A model generated the notes under the pieces. It had not been told where the DNA came from. It was given only the letters and a program-made list of their open reading frames with translations, and made no database searches. This document shows, in pieces, positions 27,671-40,964 of a DNA stretch of 64,000 bases (position 1 is its first letter; every line of letters starts with the position of its first letter). The stretch is from Marsupella aquatica (lineage: Eukaryota; Plantae; Marchantiophyta): positions 29,394,932-29,458,931 of the forward strand of contig OZ316892.1 of assembly GCA_973895155.1 (NCBI GenBank). Reading direction: 5' to 3'. Position numbers and translations under genes: made by a program.

Positions 27671-28622
27671 TTTATTTTTTATTATTGTTTCTGTTATTGA
27701 TTTCGAATTTCTTCAGCAAATCTTTCACCGTGTACATTTGACTTAGGAATGTGAAACGCTTCCCCTTGCAATGTGAGGACTACAATTTTTTTTTGACTAT
27801 CCGCACTTGGAAATATTTTTGATGGTCACTCAAATCTTGTAGTAGGTTGTGGAAGAAACCAATGTAAAAGAATGTTTGTCTGCTACAGTGATTTGCACAA
27901 ACTCTAGTAATCTTTTATTTACATCGATATAGCACGTGTCAAAACCACCTTGATTCCATCAAGTAGGCTTCAACCAAAAACACTTTTCAAGGTTAATTTT
28001 CAGTTCCGTTGAAGTCATTGTGAATGGGAGAGACTGGTTCCACTTCTTCGCATCGCCATTAGGGTCGCGATCCTTTTTCGCATCGCCATTAGGGTTTAGG
28101 GTTTAGGGTCCTAAACTCCATCGCGACCCTAATGGGCCATGCGAAGAAGTGAAACCAGTCTCTTCCATTCATACTGATTCCAGCGGAACTGAAAATTAAC
28201 CCTGGAAGGTATCTTTGATTGAAGCCTACTCGATGGAATCTAGGTAGTTTCGACGCGTGCTATATCGATACAAATAAAAGATTAGTGGAGTTTGTACAAA
28301 TCACTACAGCAGAGAAATATTCTTTTACATTGATTTATTTCATAACCTGTTACAAGATTTGAAGTGATCATCAAAAACATTTCCAAGTGCGGACAGTCGA
28401 AATTTTTTTCGTAGTCCTCACACTGCAAGGGGAAGCGTTTCACATTCTTAAGTCGAATGTACACGGTGAAGGATTGCTGGAGAAGTTCGAGATCAAGAAC
28501 AAAAACAAGAATAGAAGGCAAATCGACATCAAAAAATTTACTCACATTGTCCAAGATAATTGGTTCCTTCACCGCAGCTTCATATTCTTTGAATGTCCAT
28601 GAGACACAAACGAACTCTTCGA
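27560..28622. repeat. ~500 bp-arm inverted repeat (foldback) built from CRN fragments
   Basis: ~27560-28071 is the diverged reverse complement of 28120-28622. The ~48 bp spacer contains TTAGGGTTTAGGGTTTAGGG. Confidence 0.9.
28089..28108 (+). repeat. Short interstitial telomeric repeat (TTTAGGG)n
   Basis: TTAGGG-TTTAGGG-TTTAGGG at the palindrome centre. Confidence 0.75.
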
Positions 28623-28668
28623 TTATCAAAATATTATGCTAGTTGGCTGAGTGTACGCCGCCTATCAG

Positions 28669-29984
28669 GGTCACAGAAAGGAACAGAGGTTGCGTGGGAG
28701 GATCAACAGAATATTAACAAGTTCGGGCGTCTGAACAACAAGTTCCATTAGCTGGACGATGATATCAAGGCCAAGAAGGTGAGTTCAATGTAGTTTAATG
28801 TTTTCAAATGCTGACTTTACGGTGCTAATTAGTATCCTTTGGGGATTGCCAGGGAGTTGCAGAGCTAAGTTTGTCATCGAGATCATTGAATCCATATATT
28901 AGACGCCCAGATCAACCATATGTAGACTTTGTCAGCTTTTAGTGTTTTTGGGAACTTGAACGGTCACGATTTAGGGTTATCATCCGGTGTTAACTTCAGT
29001 ATTGGCTTGAACGTTCACAAGTTGAGGGTTACCATGCGCCATTAACACTAGTATTGGCTGAACCAAATCTGATCTTGTGGAACTCAACACACTGTTGGCT
29101 TAACCAAATTTGACCTTGTGGAACTCAACACATGTAATTCCACAATCAGAAATTTAGATCATAGGAAGGTTACTTGTGCTTCCATGTAGATCAACGGGGA
29201 AAACTTCATGAACCTGTGAATCACTATTCACCTGTGATAAGTTGAAAGTAAGCAAATGTGCATACTCATACTAACTTAGGTGAAATACTAACTTAGATGA
29301 AAGCGAAATACTGCAATAATGTGTTTCCTCGAAAAGATGGAAGTATGGCATATTGGAGAAATCTTTCAGCAAGGCCTCCCTGTTAATCTTCATGAAGTAC
29401 TACAGTTGTGTAGGAGTAACGCAACTGCCTCTGAGACACAGAAACAAACAATTGAAATGGCGGAGCGCTTCGCTAAGTTCGAAAGTTTAAGCTTCTTAAA
29501 TTGATAAATTTCGGTACTTGTGTTCCGAGTTCAATGTGAAGAACCTGAGGTGGAACCCAGGCCGCCACTTTCACAGTCTTCATAAAATTAACAAGAAGAA
29601 ACGTTTCTTTTCTTCATAATTCTCATTCGAGTCGTTGTCTTGTCAGTCTAACCATCGACAGTGAGTAAAAAATCAAACAAAGAAGCTGATAAGAGTGAAC
29701 TTTTGACTGTTTGATTGGTACAGGACGTTTGAGAAAATCTGGAAGACGCAGGCAATGAACTCATTATGTCCGATGAAGAAGGGGTGCGGTATCTGATTGG
29801 TGAAGTGTTCAGCCACACGCCCAAAGAGGAAGTGGAGACGAAGCTAGAGGATCAGAAAGTAGAGAATGGGGAAGGACTTAGGTTACTCTCGGAAGAAAAA
29901 CAAATTGAGTTGTCTGAGATGGCGGATCTGAAAGACATTCTGTAGGGCAAGTTCAAAGACTCGATAAATCTAGAAGAAAAGTGA
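28669..29984 (+). pseudogene. PFD4: Prefoldin 4 pseudogene (exons 2-3)
   Basis: Exon 2 copy has a frameshift and CAT-TAG stop (~28747). Exon 3 copy at ~29723-29984 has a CTG-TAG stop (~29943). The promoter/exon 1 copy is displaced to ~42785-43223. Confidence 0.9.
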
Positions 29985-30249
29985 ATCATTGGAGGCAAAT
30001 TATTCAGAGACGAGTCATTTGGTCCATCTTATGGGTGCTTCCCTTGAGTTACACAAAGTATGCCATAGTTGGTTCAGGGAGTGTAGACTTTATCTCGCGC
30101 AGAGTCAATCACAGGTTGCACAGCGCTTGGTATCGGTGATCAATGAATTCTGCGTCTTCAACTGACAGACGTGCATTTTGCATTTTAACAATTTTTGTAG
30201 CTGGAGTTTTACTGGATAATGGCTTGGGCACCCTGATGAGGAAAGAGCC

Positions 30250-30910
30250 TTATAAAACTTGTCCAGGGTACATCTTTTCTAGGGAACTCGCACCAAGCAT
30301 CGTCTCAGAAACGGCTGGCCTTCAGGAGACAATGTATGAGGTATACCTGAAGTTAGACTGGAGCATTAAATGACCTAAAGCGTATCGTGAGGAAAGTCGG
30401 CCGAGGGATCCAATCACGTTGCCATTTGTTAAATTGTGCACCTGACGGACCCGATGGAGGACCTTGTTTCACTTTGGCTAAAACCCTCCTGGCGCAAGCG
30501 CCTTACATGGGCATTTGTAGTCCAACCGAGCGTTGATCCACCAAAACCGGCAGGTTGAATTCCTTGTAGACCGAGTGAAAAATTGTCCGACTTTATGTCG
30601 CCGCGGACAATTCCATTGGTATGCAGATATTGGCTTGTATTAATATTATGTTTCTTGCGAATGTATAAATGAGTGGTTCTGTGGTCGTTGGTCCCAGCCT
30701 AGTGATGTGATTTGGCAGAGTCCCTCCAGGCATGTACTCAACGAACATGTTCAATTTGTTTCGTCACTTTCCTCCGTGAAGGAAGAGCCCAGATTTTGTA
30801 CACTCCAGGAGAGTTAACATGAAGAGTATGGATTTTTTGTTGCACTCTGTTGTTCAGTATCAGCGAGAAGCACTTCTGCATGACTCTTTCCTAGAAGCCG
30901 ACACCATTTC
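30250..30910 (-). pseudogene. Inverted copy of the MAPKKK-like kinase pseudogene
   Basis: Reverse complement of ~20830-21740. It lacks the ~235 bp internal duplication. Confidence 0.65.
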
Positions 30911-31229
30911 CACATCAGAGCCATTTTCATTGTATGGTAAAACTAGAGCGTTTTCAGAGCAATTCGGAGGAATTAGAGAGTAAATTTGCTGGATTTTTAC
31001 TTCGATTCTCTTCACCTCGATAGGGACATTCTCGGCGTATTCATGCATTTCCGGTAATTACATTTGCAGTGCAGCCCAGCTCTGCAGGAAGCAGGTGACT
31101 AGTCTACTACTGCAGGTCCGAAGAAGCCATCCACAGTCGACAAAATATAACTCTTTTCCTCAGGAGTGAGGGCTTTACGTGTTACAACTTCACGCAGAAG
31201 TATCGAGTCCACTCCAGGAAGAATCCATC

Positions 31230-34200
31230 ATCTTCTGCGATGGGTGACGCGATCTGGAACTGAAGTAGTTCATGCATTTGGCTTTGATGTAAGTACAGGT
31301 CTATGCCCTGTCTCCTAATCTCATCCCCAATTTTGCGGTGCTAAATACAATCTACTCTTCCCCACCTCCAAATCGTATCCAGGCAAATCAGAGTTCAGGT
31401 TTTGATCTGCCAAACCTTCACGGTATTTGATTCCAGCGCCAATTCTACTGAACTTTTACCATGTCTGTTTCTTTGTTACTGAAGATCAAGTTGGTGATCG
31501 TGCTCTTTCTTGGAATGGAATATCTTTGATCAATTTGGTGCCACGTTGTTGTTTGTTCCAAAATTTCCAGTGGTCATTTGCTGCAACAACATCTTGAGTT
31601 GAAGTACTTCGCATGTTTTCCTGGTCGCGCCTCAGCAGTTAGCTGGAATAGTGCCTTGTGTCCGAAGAAACTGTATCCGCTCGATCTTTTAACGCAGCAC
31701 TTGGAACTCAGTATATATATCACTAGCAACTGTTAGTGAACACTGATGCTATAGATTATGGCATCTGACAAATCACACCATCACACAGCCACTACAGTGT
31801 GGGTTAGGGGTGATAGACAGTTGTATCTGACAACACAATTGTATAGACAGTTCCCTAGAAAACAAATCAAAAGTACAATTACAAACTAATATAATAATAC
31901 GTATATACTCCTGGGAACACTCGGCGTTGTCACTTGTGGCTGTGCATCCACTTCACAAAACTAATTCGGTCAATCAGTAATCTTGATCCGATGAAACTTT
32001 GATCTTATCCTGTCAATTATACCTGCATGTCTCTGCGGTACAGTGCATTCTGTGGGACCAAACTGCACGGATTTGGATGCAAAGATCGATCCATGCCAGG
32101 GGGATGCCAGGAAGTCCCAGAAAACCGAGCTCAAGCTAATCTCTTCTCCCTATCAATCTGGAACGTCGTCATGCAAATCTACAGGTGTAGACTGCTGTTT
32201 AGCATCTGTGCGGGGCCATGTGAGAGGTGATCGGCGGTACTGGCAAAAGTCTATGAACAAAGATTCCGCAAGGTGATTAAGTACAAAGATCTCTACCCAC
32301 GACATGATTGTGCAGCTCAGATCCACACAGAATGTGAAGGAAGAATCTGATCACAAATTTACAGCAACATCTCCGGACATTTCTGATGTCTCCTACCGCC
32401 AAATTGGGTCCCAAAGTTTAATTAATCATGAAATAAGTAAATGAAGTTTGAGGAACTCTTATCGGAGCTCACACAGCATGATTTAGGGTTGACTGTGCAT
32501 TACTTTCACACTCAGAATGATACAACATCACAACATGATTGTTATCAACTCAATGAATACTTTACCCGATGGATATTGGGGTCAATTCCCTCCTGATCAT
32601 GGACGTGCAGAATCCAATACCGAAGTGTGCGGTAGAGTAAGGTGTGCGCAGTGACTGTCCAGGAATAATCACCGATTCTGGACTGGACTGTAGATGTCAA
32701 TTTGTCGTGAATGGGAGCTCCGCACATCTGCCTTTCCCCATTTGATTTTTGGACAAACAACTATTGTCAGCTGTGAGCTGATACAGTAGGGCCGGGACCG
32801 ATTCCACCATTGCACTGATATCTATATATTAATAATACTTTGGTGATGAACCAAACTAGGTGGAATGGGATGTGTTGCTGAGTTCAATTCCTGAGTGTAA
32901 TGACCCCCCACTACCCGCAGAGGACCCGTAAAGTAATGATACGGGACCTAATTAAATGTGGATTTCTGTGATATGGTAAGACAATGGCACATTATTCACG
33001 GAAAGGACCTGTTTTGAGGAATGACACTGGAGTGGTGCAGCACCCATGGCAGAATGAAGGCCGACAGATCAATGGTCGATCGCAGTGAAGGTTTTGATGT
33101 CTGATTGTGGACGCTAGATCACACATCAAGTATATGAACTCCAGATTTGACTCTGGCGATGATACGCAACCAGCTTTGCAAAGGTTTGCAGAGTTTCCAA
33201 CAAACACATCTGCTTGTCTCCAAATTAAACCAGGTAAGCATCCAAGGCCGCCTTCTTTTCTTTCATTGGGATTTTCCCGTTCTGTCTTGCAAAGCATCGT
33301 CATCTCGTAATCGTGCTGAGAGAACGAAATCCAACTTTAACTTCGGCCTAGTGCAAGCGTAGAGCACCTCCATAAATTAAATGTATTGTAGTGGTCAAGG
33401 ACAACTGCACATTTCTCTTGAACAGCAAAGAATCTAGATCTGCTCGTTGACTTCATAGAAACAGTTTGATTATCAGCTTCTGCGCTGTCCGACTTAGATT
33501 ATCTGCCATAGTGGCAACTAGGTAGCTTGATCCAAACTCCGTCTTCCTTTTCTGCTTCCTATGTCTCTCCAAAACCATTGAGTAGCTTTGAGGTTCAGCC
33601 CTTCCTACTCGAACCGGTGGCACGACCAGTGTTGCTTCGTCGTAGATTGCTGGAGATTAAAGGTACTGGACCCCAGTTACTCGATAGAATGTAAGATCGA
33701 GTTTGGGGCCTCGAATACTCGATAGAATGTGAGATCGGTTTTGAGTCTTCTTGATTGTTGAGACGCATCCGGACAGACAGTATTGATTGCGGAGCCTGCA
33801 TCGTAACGGTAGAGTCCTAATCCAATTTCTTCATCCACAATGTAGAAGCCATGCTCTTTGATCTGGGTCCTAAGGGATCAGGCTGTGCGCCATACGCCAC
33901 TGAAGACGTTTTCAACAGAAAGTACCAGATCCGGGATCTTTCTGATTCTCGTTCTTCACGAGGTATGTCTATTGATGCTTAGTGTGTTTTCCATGCAAAG
34001 GAGAAGTAGCTTTCCAACTAGAATTCGTAACTATTAAACATACTTCAGAGCTTGGGGTGGAAACAGATACTCGTGTAATTTAGGCGATGCTTGATTTGGT
34101 CTGGCCTACGAAAAGTACATCGCAGGTTCACTGAAGCCAATGATAGCATTGATGCCATTACAAACGTCTTCACAAATCCCTCATGCGATAAATGCAGCAA

Positions 34201-37200
34201 CTGGCTGCTCTCTGGAACTCTGCCCTGTTCCAATTCAATCCCTGTGTGTGAATGGACTTCATTTGTAATCTGTTGTGAGGGAGGCTTTGACGGTGTGCTG
34301 CAACTACTGTCAATTCTTAACAGTCACTTCCTTGATTGCTTGCATGGTGTATACAGAAGTAATCACACTGAAGTTGCTTTGGCTACAGGCGTAGGTTTCA
34401 CTGGCCAAGGTGACATGTTTCTTCGCTCCAGCAAAGTTCAATTCAAGAAGATTGAAGGAATTTGAAGACTGGCGATTGCGAAATTCCTCAAATTTGGGAA
34501 GTTTCGAGTTGACTCAGAATCCGATATGCACTCCGCGATACAACCAACAAACAAGTTCGCCACTCTGTCCACCACCTGCTTCAAGTCGATACCACCAGCT
34601 TGTCACTAAGTAGTCTGTTTGGGCACCATTAGTTGGTTCCCAATTTCATATTGGCAGGAGCAACCATGTTTCTTGCTACGTCTCACTCTGTCGCACGTAC
34701 ATACGAACCGCCCGAAGAGAGGGAAAGGCTACTGCTCAAGTGTCCCAAGTCGATAACTGGAGCTTGTGAAGCAGTACGCAGAGAATGGAAATGCTCAAAA
34801 TGCTATTCCGTCATTGATCATGGATTCAACCACATGTTCTATTGTGAGTGTGGAGCTGGTTCTGCCTTTTCCTACTCATTCAAGTGCTCAGACTCCGTTC
34901 ATGGGAACAGATTTGAGACTTTCAACCGGGAACTAGTGATCACCTTATTACCTCTCAACAAGATTAAGTCGTCCTCGACAGTGGTATCCGACGGATGCCT
35001 CAATATCCTTCTACTGGGAGAGAAAGGAGTCGGTAAGTCAACGTTCATCAATGCTTTTGTCAACTACTTGACATTTGAGAGTCTCGATGAAGCTCTCCAA
35101 GGAGAAATCAGAAGCCCAATCTATTCTACGTTCATTACATCCACAGAGGATGGTGAAGAAGTGAAGGTAAGTCTTGGAAAGCCTGATGTTGGAGAGAATA
35201 GCAATGCAGCAATTGTAGGCGAATCCTGCAGCCAGAGTTGTAGAGTCTACAAGTTTTTAGCTGGAGACAAAGCAGTGCGCCTGATAGATTCTCCAGGGCT
35301 GGGGGACACCAGAGGCTTTGACCAGGATGTAAGAAATGTGAAGGACATCATATCGTACATATCCACCTTCGATGTGCTGAATGCCGTTCTTATACTTCTG
35401 CGGCCCAATGAAGAAAAGCTTACAGTGTCCCTAAGATACTCTATTAATGAGCTCTTAGCTCATCTTCACAAGGATGCTGTAAATAACATCAACTTCTGCT
35501 TTACTAAGTAACTCGAGGAGTAGTATGTTTCGTCCTGGGAGTACTTTCAAACTTCTGAAGCAACTTCTCTCGCAGAACCCACAGACATCCCAGCTGAAGG
35601 TCGACAAGAGTACAATTTATTTCTTTGAAAGTGAGGCTTTCAGGTATCTAGCGTCTGTAAAAAGCGGAGTGTCATTCTTAGAGGACGACAAGCAAGACTA
35701 CAGGTTAAGCTGGAATCGATCAATCCAAGAGTCAGAAAGATTGATAACTCGTGTGGCGCCTCTCTCGCCACATCCAATATATCGCATGGTGTCCCTTGAT
35801 AGTGTAAGAGATCTGCTTGCAACTATCGAGATACCTCTGGCGAGTATGGCGCGCTCTGTTCAGGATAATATAGAGACTATCCGGGAACAAAAGAAGTATT
35901 TACAAGACCACTACATCCTTATGAAGAATAACAAACAATTGGTGATGTCAACGCATGCGTATAAAATGGTTCCACTGGGGCATCTAAGGACCATCTGCAA
36001 GAGCTGCGAAGCAAAGATCTGTCATGAATGTAGTGACAGTGAGACTGGAGTAGGAATAGTTGACAGCAAATTTGGGATGAGATTGTGCGAAGTGTTTGTC
36101 TTCAGGAATTCAAACAATTGCAAGGCATGCGGCTGTTCATTCAAAGTCCACCTGCGTGTGGCAACTGAGACTATCAAGGAGACAATTAGGACGATGGATA
36201 AGGATGTGGAGAAGTCAATCCACGAACGGAGGAAAAAGGAAGAAGTTAAGGAACTGAGCATCGGCAGGCTTGAAGACCGAGAAAGTGCACTTACGAAGGA
36301 ACTGGAGCAGACAGTGTGCTGCCGCGCTCTTCACTAGTTTCCTACAGCAAAACTCTGTAGTACTGTACCATCCTACTACCGAGGAATACCTCCAAGATCA
36401 GATCAAAAAGAAAAGGGCCCAGCATGACTCCAGTAAACCCAGAGACGATGCTCTGCACAGACTTGAGGGATCTCTCCAATTGTATCGGGACCAGATAGAG
36501 ATGTACGAAAGTCAGCGAAATGTTGCAGCTGGGTCTGGTCTCATTACCTATCAGGACATCCACAATACTTTGCAAAAGCTGTATGCTACGAAAATGGCAA
36601 AGTATTGAAGGCCAATATTGAGGCAGTTCAAAAGGCTTACGAGGCAGTTGCCAAGAGAGAGAAGGTTTCTCACGTGGTGACACCACCATCGCATGCAGGG
36701 GGTGGCATCGCCACAAAAGTTTCGGGAGTACTGAGAGGTTTGTTCCACGATGCCAAGCCACATATTATGCCGAAGAATTTGTTGCATTCCAAGCTCCAAA
36801 GGGTTTCATAAAACAATAAATTCCTAGCACGTACTGGGATCCCGATATGTTGAGTGACAGGAGCTTTTCTCGTATTTATCCAAGATGTACGTCATGAGAG
36901 GTGCTGAGATAAAAATTGTTAGAAGCAGACATCTGTTTTTTCACGTGACGTGATACTAGACTGTTCAGAGTCAGAACTGAAATATATGCATTCCATTACA
37001 GGCTATGTTTGATAATAAAACAGACGCGTCTGAATGAGGCTGAGCAGGATAAGCAACTGTCCTCCTTAACTATCTCGTCAATACAGTAGGGGTTCGGGAA
37101 AGATTCACGTGTTCATTCTAAGTTTTGAATGGAGAAATGCGATTGATATGCACAGTGGTCGTTGCATATGGCTCTACTGAAATGTTTGAACCGAGTTCCT

Positions 37201-37222
37201 TTCATTTCATGAGACTCTAATT
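31230..37222 (+). repeat. Inverted segmental duplicate of ~51703-57830
   Basis: Continuous reverse-complement similarity from TTCTGCGATGGGTGAC (matching ~57815-57830) to GAGACTCTAATT (matching ~51703-51715), including the GTPase gene. Confidence 0.95.
34666..36811 (+). pseudogene. Frameshifted copy of the Cys-rich P-loop GTPase gene
   Basis: Nearly identical to 52119-54266 but with a 4-bp insertion (~35507), a 2-bp deletion (~36316) and a 4-bp deletion (~36587), which split it into the 292, 270, 112 and 68 aa ORFs. Confidence 0.9.
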
Positions 37223-37898
37223 TCGGGAGACAAGTGAGTGAGGTAACCCCTAAATGGCACCCCCAGATGCAGTTGAACTCAGGAGTATCTAGTACTTCTT
37301 GAGAGATTTCACGCATCCAACAAATCTTCCTACGGAGTTCCCGTTGAAAAATTACCTTTTGGTTTTGTAGATGTTATAACCATGATTACACAAATAGTGA
37401 AAGGTAGCTACTGTGACTTTCAATTAATAGTGGTCTGACAGGTCGCGTAGTATATTTCTGTGGATGGCATTCAAAGTGAGTGACATTTGCATTCATGAGA
37501 CAACATTCAGTAACTAGCACTGACACAAATTGCAAGACATTTAGCTTAAGGTTGCATTCATCACAATTGTAGAAGTATAACAAAGATAATAGAATAGGTC
37601 TAGAAACACTAGAAACACATTACAAAGCCCACTGCAAACACCTTAAATACAAAGCATGAGATAAACACATTATGGAAAAACAAACATTCATAAGAATTGA
37701 AGAGACTCACAATACAATACACATAGAGCATATATAATGACAGTCAATTTAATTATCATGCCAAATTACAATACCATGAATGTGATGCAAGAAACATTCA
37801 ATAGGAACTTGTGAGAGGTGAAGAGAACATTTTTCTCATTAATTTCTTATCACCATTCTTTCAATACTTTGAATACAATATAGCTGCACTGTTCAATG

Positions 37899-38897
37899 GA
37901 ACTAAAAGCCCGGATGGACTGGTAGGTTGTCTATGAAGCCCCCATGGGCAAACCAAACTTGGATGGACTTGACTCAAACACACATATATGCTTGGATACT
38001 ATGTTTTACATTTGTGTACAAAAATACCCTGTCACATCATCACTGCTGTCCAACTATCCAAAAGCACCATCTCTGTCCATTTTTGTCCAAGGGTACCATG
38101 TACCATCATTGATTGCAAGCCTGGTTGTATTCTCTTAATATTGTATTCCCTCACTTTAACCATTTTTTAAGAGTTCAATAAAAAAACATAAAAATATGTA
38201 AGATATTTTTAGATATTTGTAGGCCTTATATGGCCTTTATGGTAAATAAACTTATGTGTAGACTAAGCTCTTCACAATTTACTCATAGCGCCTCAAGTAG
38301 TTTGTTCAATGAGCAAAAGCAAAATTAACTCAGTTTTTTTTAAGAATCTTTTTATGTTTATATAGATCGCCAAACTCCCACAAAGGGGGAAACAAGCACC
38401 ACAATGACCCGTGAACCAATATAACAATTTCCACTAGGAAAACTGGCGATAAATCTTGATTTTCATAGAGAATTGCTCTTAAGATGGAATACTATTTTCC
38501 ATATTAGTGTTGCCCTTGTGTTAAGGAGGGGTTTGACTTATTTTGTTGCAGCAAAGCTACCTCAGATTTTAATCTAAGAGGATATTGTTGAGAAATCTTA
38601 TTTTTCAGAGAGAGTTGCTCTTGTTACAATAAGAGTTTTGAGTACTTTGCCATCGCAGGGGTCTCAAAAACTTCAAATACAGTACTAGATATATACCTTT
38701 ATTTCATTTCATGCATGTTTTCAATTCATTTGTAGGTGCAGAGAGTCTCCTAACATAATTAAAATGTAGTTGAACACTTAATGAGAACATTTATTACCTA
38801 GATTTTCTCATCATTAGGTGTAAGATGCTCAGTTTATGTGTCACAGTCCATGGGGATGTTGGGAGACAACCTCCCAGTCCATCCGGGCTTTGGTATC
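37899..38897. mobile_element. Non-autonomous Mutator-like (MULE) element
   Basis: ~34 bp TIRs (AAAGCCCGGATGGACTGG.AGGTTGTCT and its reverse complement) flanked by a 10-bp direct repeat CTGTTCAATG (37889-37898, 38898-38907). No transposase ORF. Confidence 0.75.
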
Positions 38898-39818
38898 CTG
38901 TTCAATGACATGCCTATTTTAGTAAACATAGGCTCATTTATCTTAAGAAGTAATATTTACGTTGACTTAAATAAAGTAAGGTGAGTGAGGCATTGATTGC
39001 TATGAACAAGGGTGAGAGAGGTAGCAAGTGAGGTGCCAACAAAGGAGGGGATTTCCAAGCAATTAAAGTCTTGATAAGGAATGACAGAGGTGGAAAAAGA
39101 GGAGAGGGCGATTAATGTTGAGATAATGACTGCCCTAGCAGAGGTGGCAAGAGAGAGGATGCAGCTAGGAGTTTATTAAAACCATAAACTTAGTAAAAAC
39201 AAACCATGAGGATAACTTAAATGATAGAAGAGATGCCTATAGTGTTTAAAATCATTTTTCTCACTCATGAAGAGAGATTCTAAGGAGAAATTAAAAAATT
39301 GAGTAGCAATTCAGATTGCATTCATAAAATTAAAATTTGTTGAGAATTAGGAGTCTAAATAGCAATAAATTTTAAAACCATAAGGGGGGTGCCAAAATAT
39401 TTTAAAATCCACATAATACAAATGATCTCGGGGGTCTCACTATATGGGAATCTCCCCATCACCTGCAACATTTTTAGGCCTCGGACCCCTAAAATGTAAG
39501 ATTTGTTTTTAATTTTATAACCCCTATGAAGTTGGAATATTCCAATAATTGAATTAAAAAGACCCTAATGTTCTTATAAGTCTCAAAATTGAATTTAAAA
39601 GACCCTATTGTTTTTTTGTAAAAAAAAATTAAGTCTTCCCTTAGAACCAATAAAACGACCCTATCCTTCGTTGCACGTGATATGCCATTTTTGTGGAAGT
39701 GATTTTCCTGTGCAAATTATGCACCTTCTTATGACACATAAATATAAACATCCCCAAAATTACAAATTGGATAGGACCAAGGATATGGCAAAATACCAAA
39801 AGGTGAGTTAGCCATTAT

Positions 39819-40960
39819 AGCAACATAAAAAAGCACAACTTATGATAATTTGTATTTTCATTAACCAGTTTAATAATAATATGCTAAATAAAATAGGATA
39901 GATTTCAATATGAATAAGTGAAAATAGGTCTATCTAGGAACGGGCCAGCAACATAAAAAAATTGTATAGTAGCTTGTGTTTTCACAAACCAGTAAAATTA
40001 ACAATTTGATAAATATGATAGGATAGATTTTAATATGAATAATTTAAAGTAGGTCTGTCTTGTAATGGGTCAGTAGCATAAAAATAATTATATGATAGAT
40101 TTTGTTTCAGAAACCAGTTAAATTAACAAATTACTCATAAGATAATATAGATTCTAATATGAATATGTTAAAATAGGTGCGTCTTAGAATGAGCCAATAG
40201 CATAAAAATAATTGTATGATAATTTGTGTTTCGCGAACCAGTTACATTGACAATATGCCAAATAAGAGAGGATAGATTTCACTATGAATAAGTGAAAATA
40301 AGTTTGTCTTAGAACAAACTAGCACCAATAAAATAAATTGCATAATAGCTTGTGTTTTCATAAACATACTCATTACTAACAATATTATGCTAAATAAGAT
40401 AGGATTTAGTATGAATAATTTAAAATAGGTCACCCAAAATTAGGTTTTGGGTGACCCGATATATCCCTCTCCCTTGTTTTTAGTTACTCATCAAATGGCA
40501 CTTTGCCAAAATGACAAAGTCATCGGCATATCGTACATATAAAATTCTTTGAAAGTAAGGGTCCAGGGGATCATCATCTTGCTCATTGTCCCGCCGCGGA
40601 TTTACCGACGGCCCCAGCGTCGGCAGATCCACTTGAAAGAAAAGTGGTGAGCCGGCTGGTGGTTAACAGGACTTCGAAACAACAAAGGCAAATTTGGACA
40701 CGGTCGGACCAGTCAGCTTTGGGGGCTGAGTCGGCGGAGCCGTATGTCCGTTTTGGAAGACCAGTCTAAACGGGCGGGTAGCATAAATTTTTTTTATCAT
40801 AGCTTGTTTATATCATAAACTAGTTAAATTAATGATGTGCTAAACAATAAGATTAATTTTATATGCATAAGACATAAAATATTTGTATGAGGACCTACCC
40901 ATAGCAACATAAAAAAAGGTACCATGGCTTGTGTTCCATAAACAAATACATTTGATATTT
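39819..40960. repeat. AT-rich ~125 bp tandem array (5 copies plus ~1.5 more), probably transposon-internal
   Basis: AGCA.CATAAAAA...TGTGTTTTCA.AAACCAGT...ATAGGATAGATTT.AATATGAATAA...AAAATAGGT units at ~39819, 39948, 40075, 40199 and 40321, resuming at ~40780. Confidence 0.8.
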
Positions 40961-40964
40961 GTTA

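Larger units (their letters stand above)
28629..31226 (+). repeat. Inverted segmental duplicate of ~20490-23365
   Basis: Continuous reverse-complement similarity through PFD4 exon 2, intron 2, exon 3, the 3' region and the kinase pseudogene. It ends at CCACTCCAGGAAGAATC, the reverse complement of 20491-20507. Confidence 0.92.
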
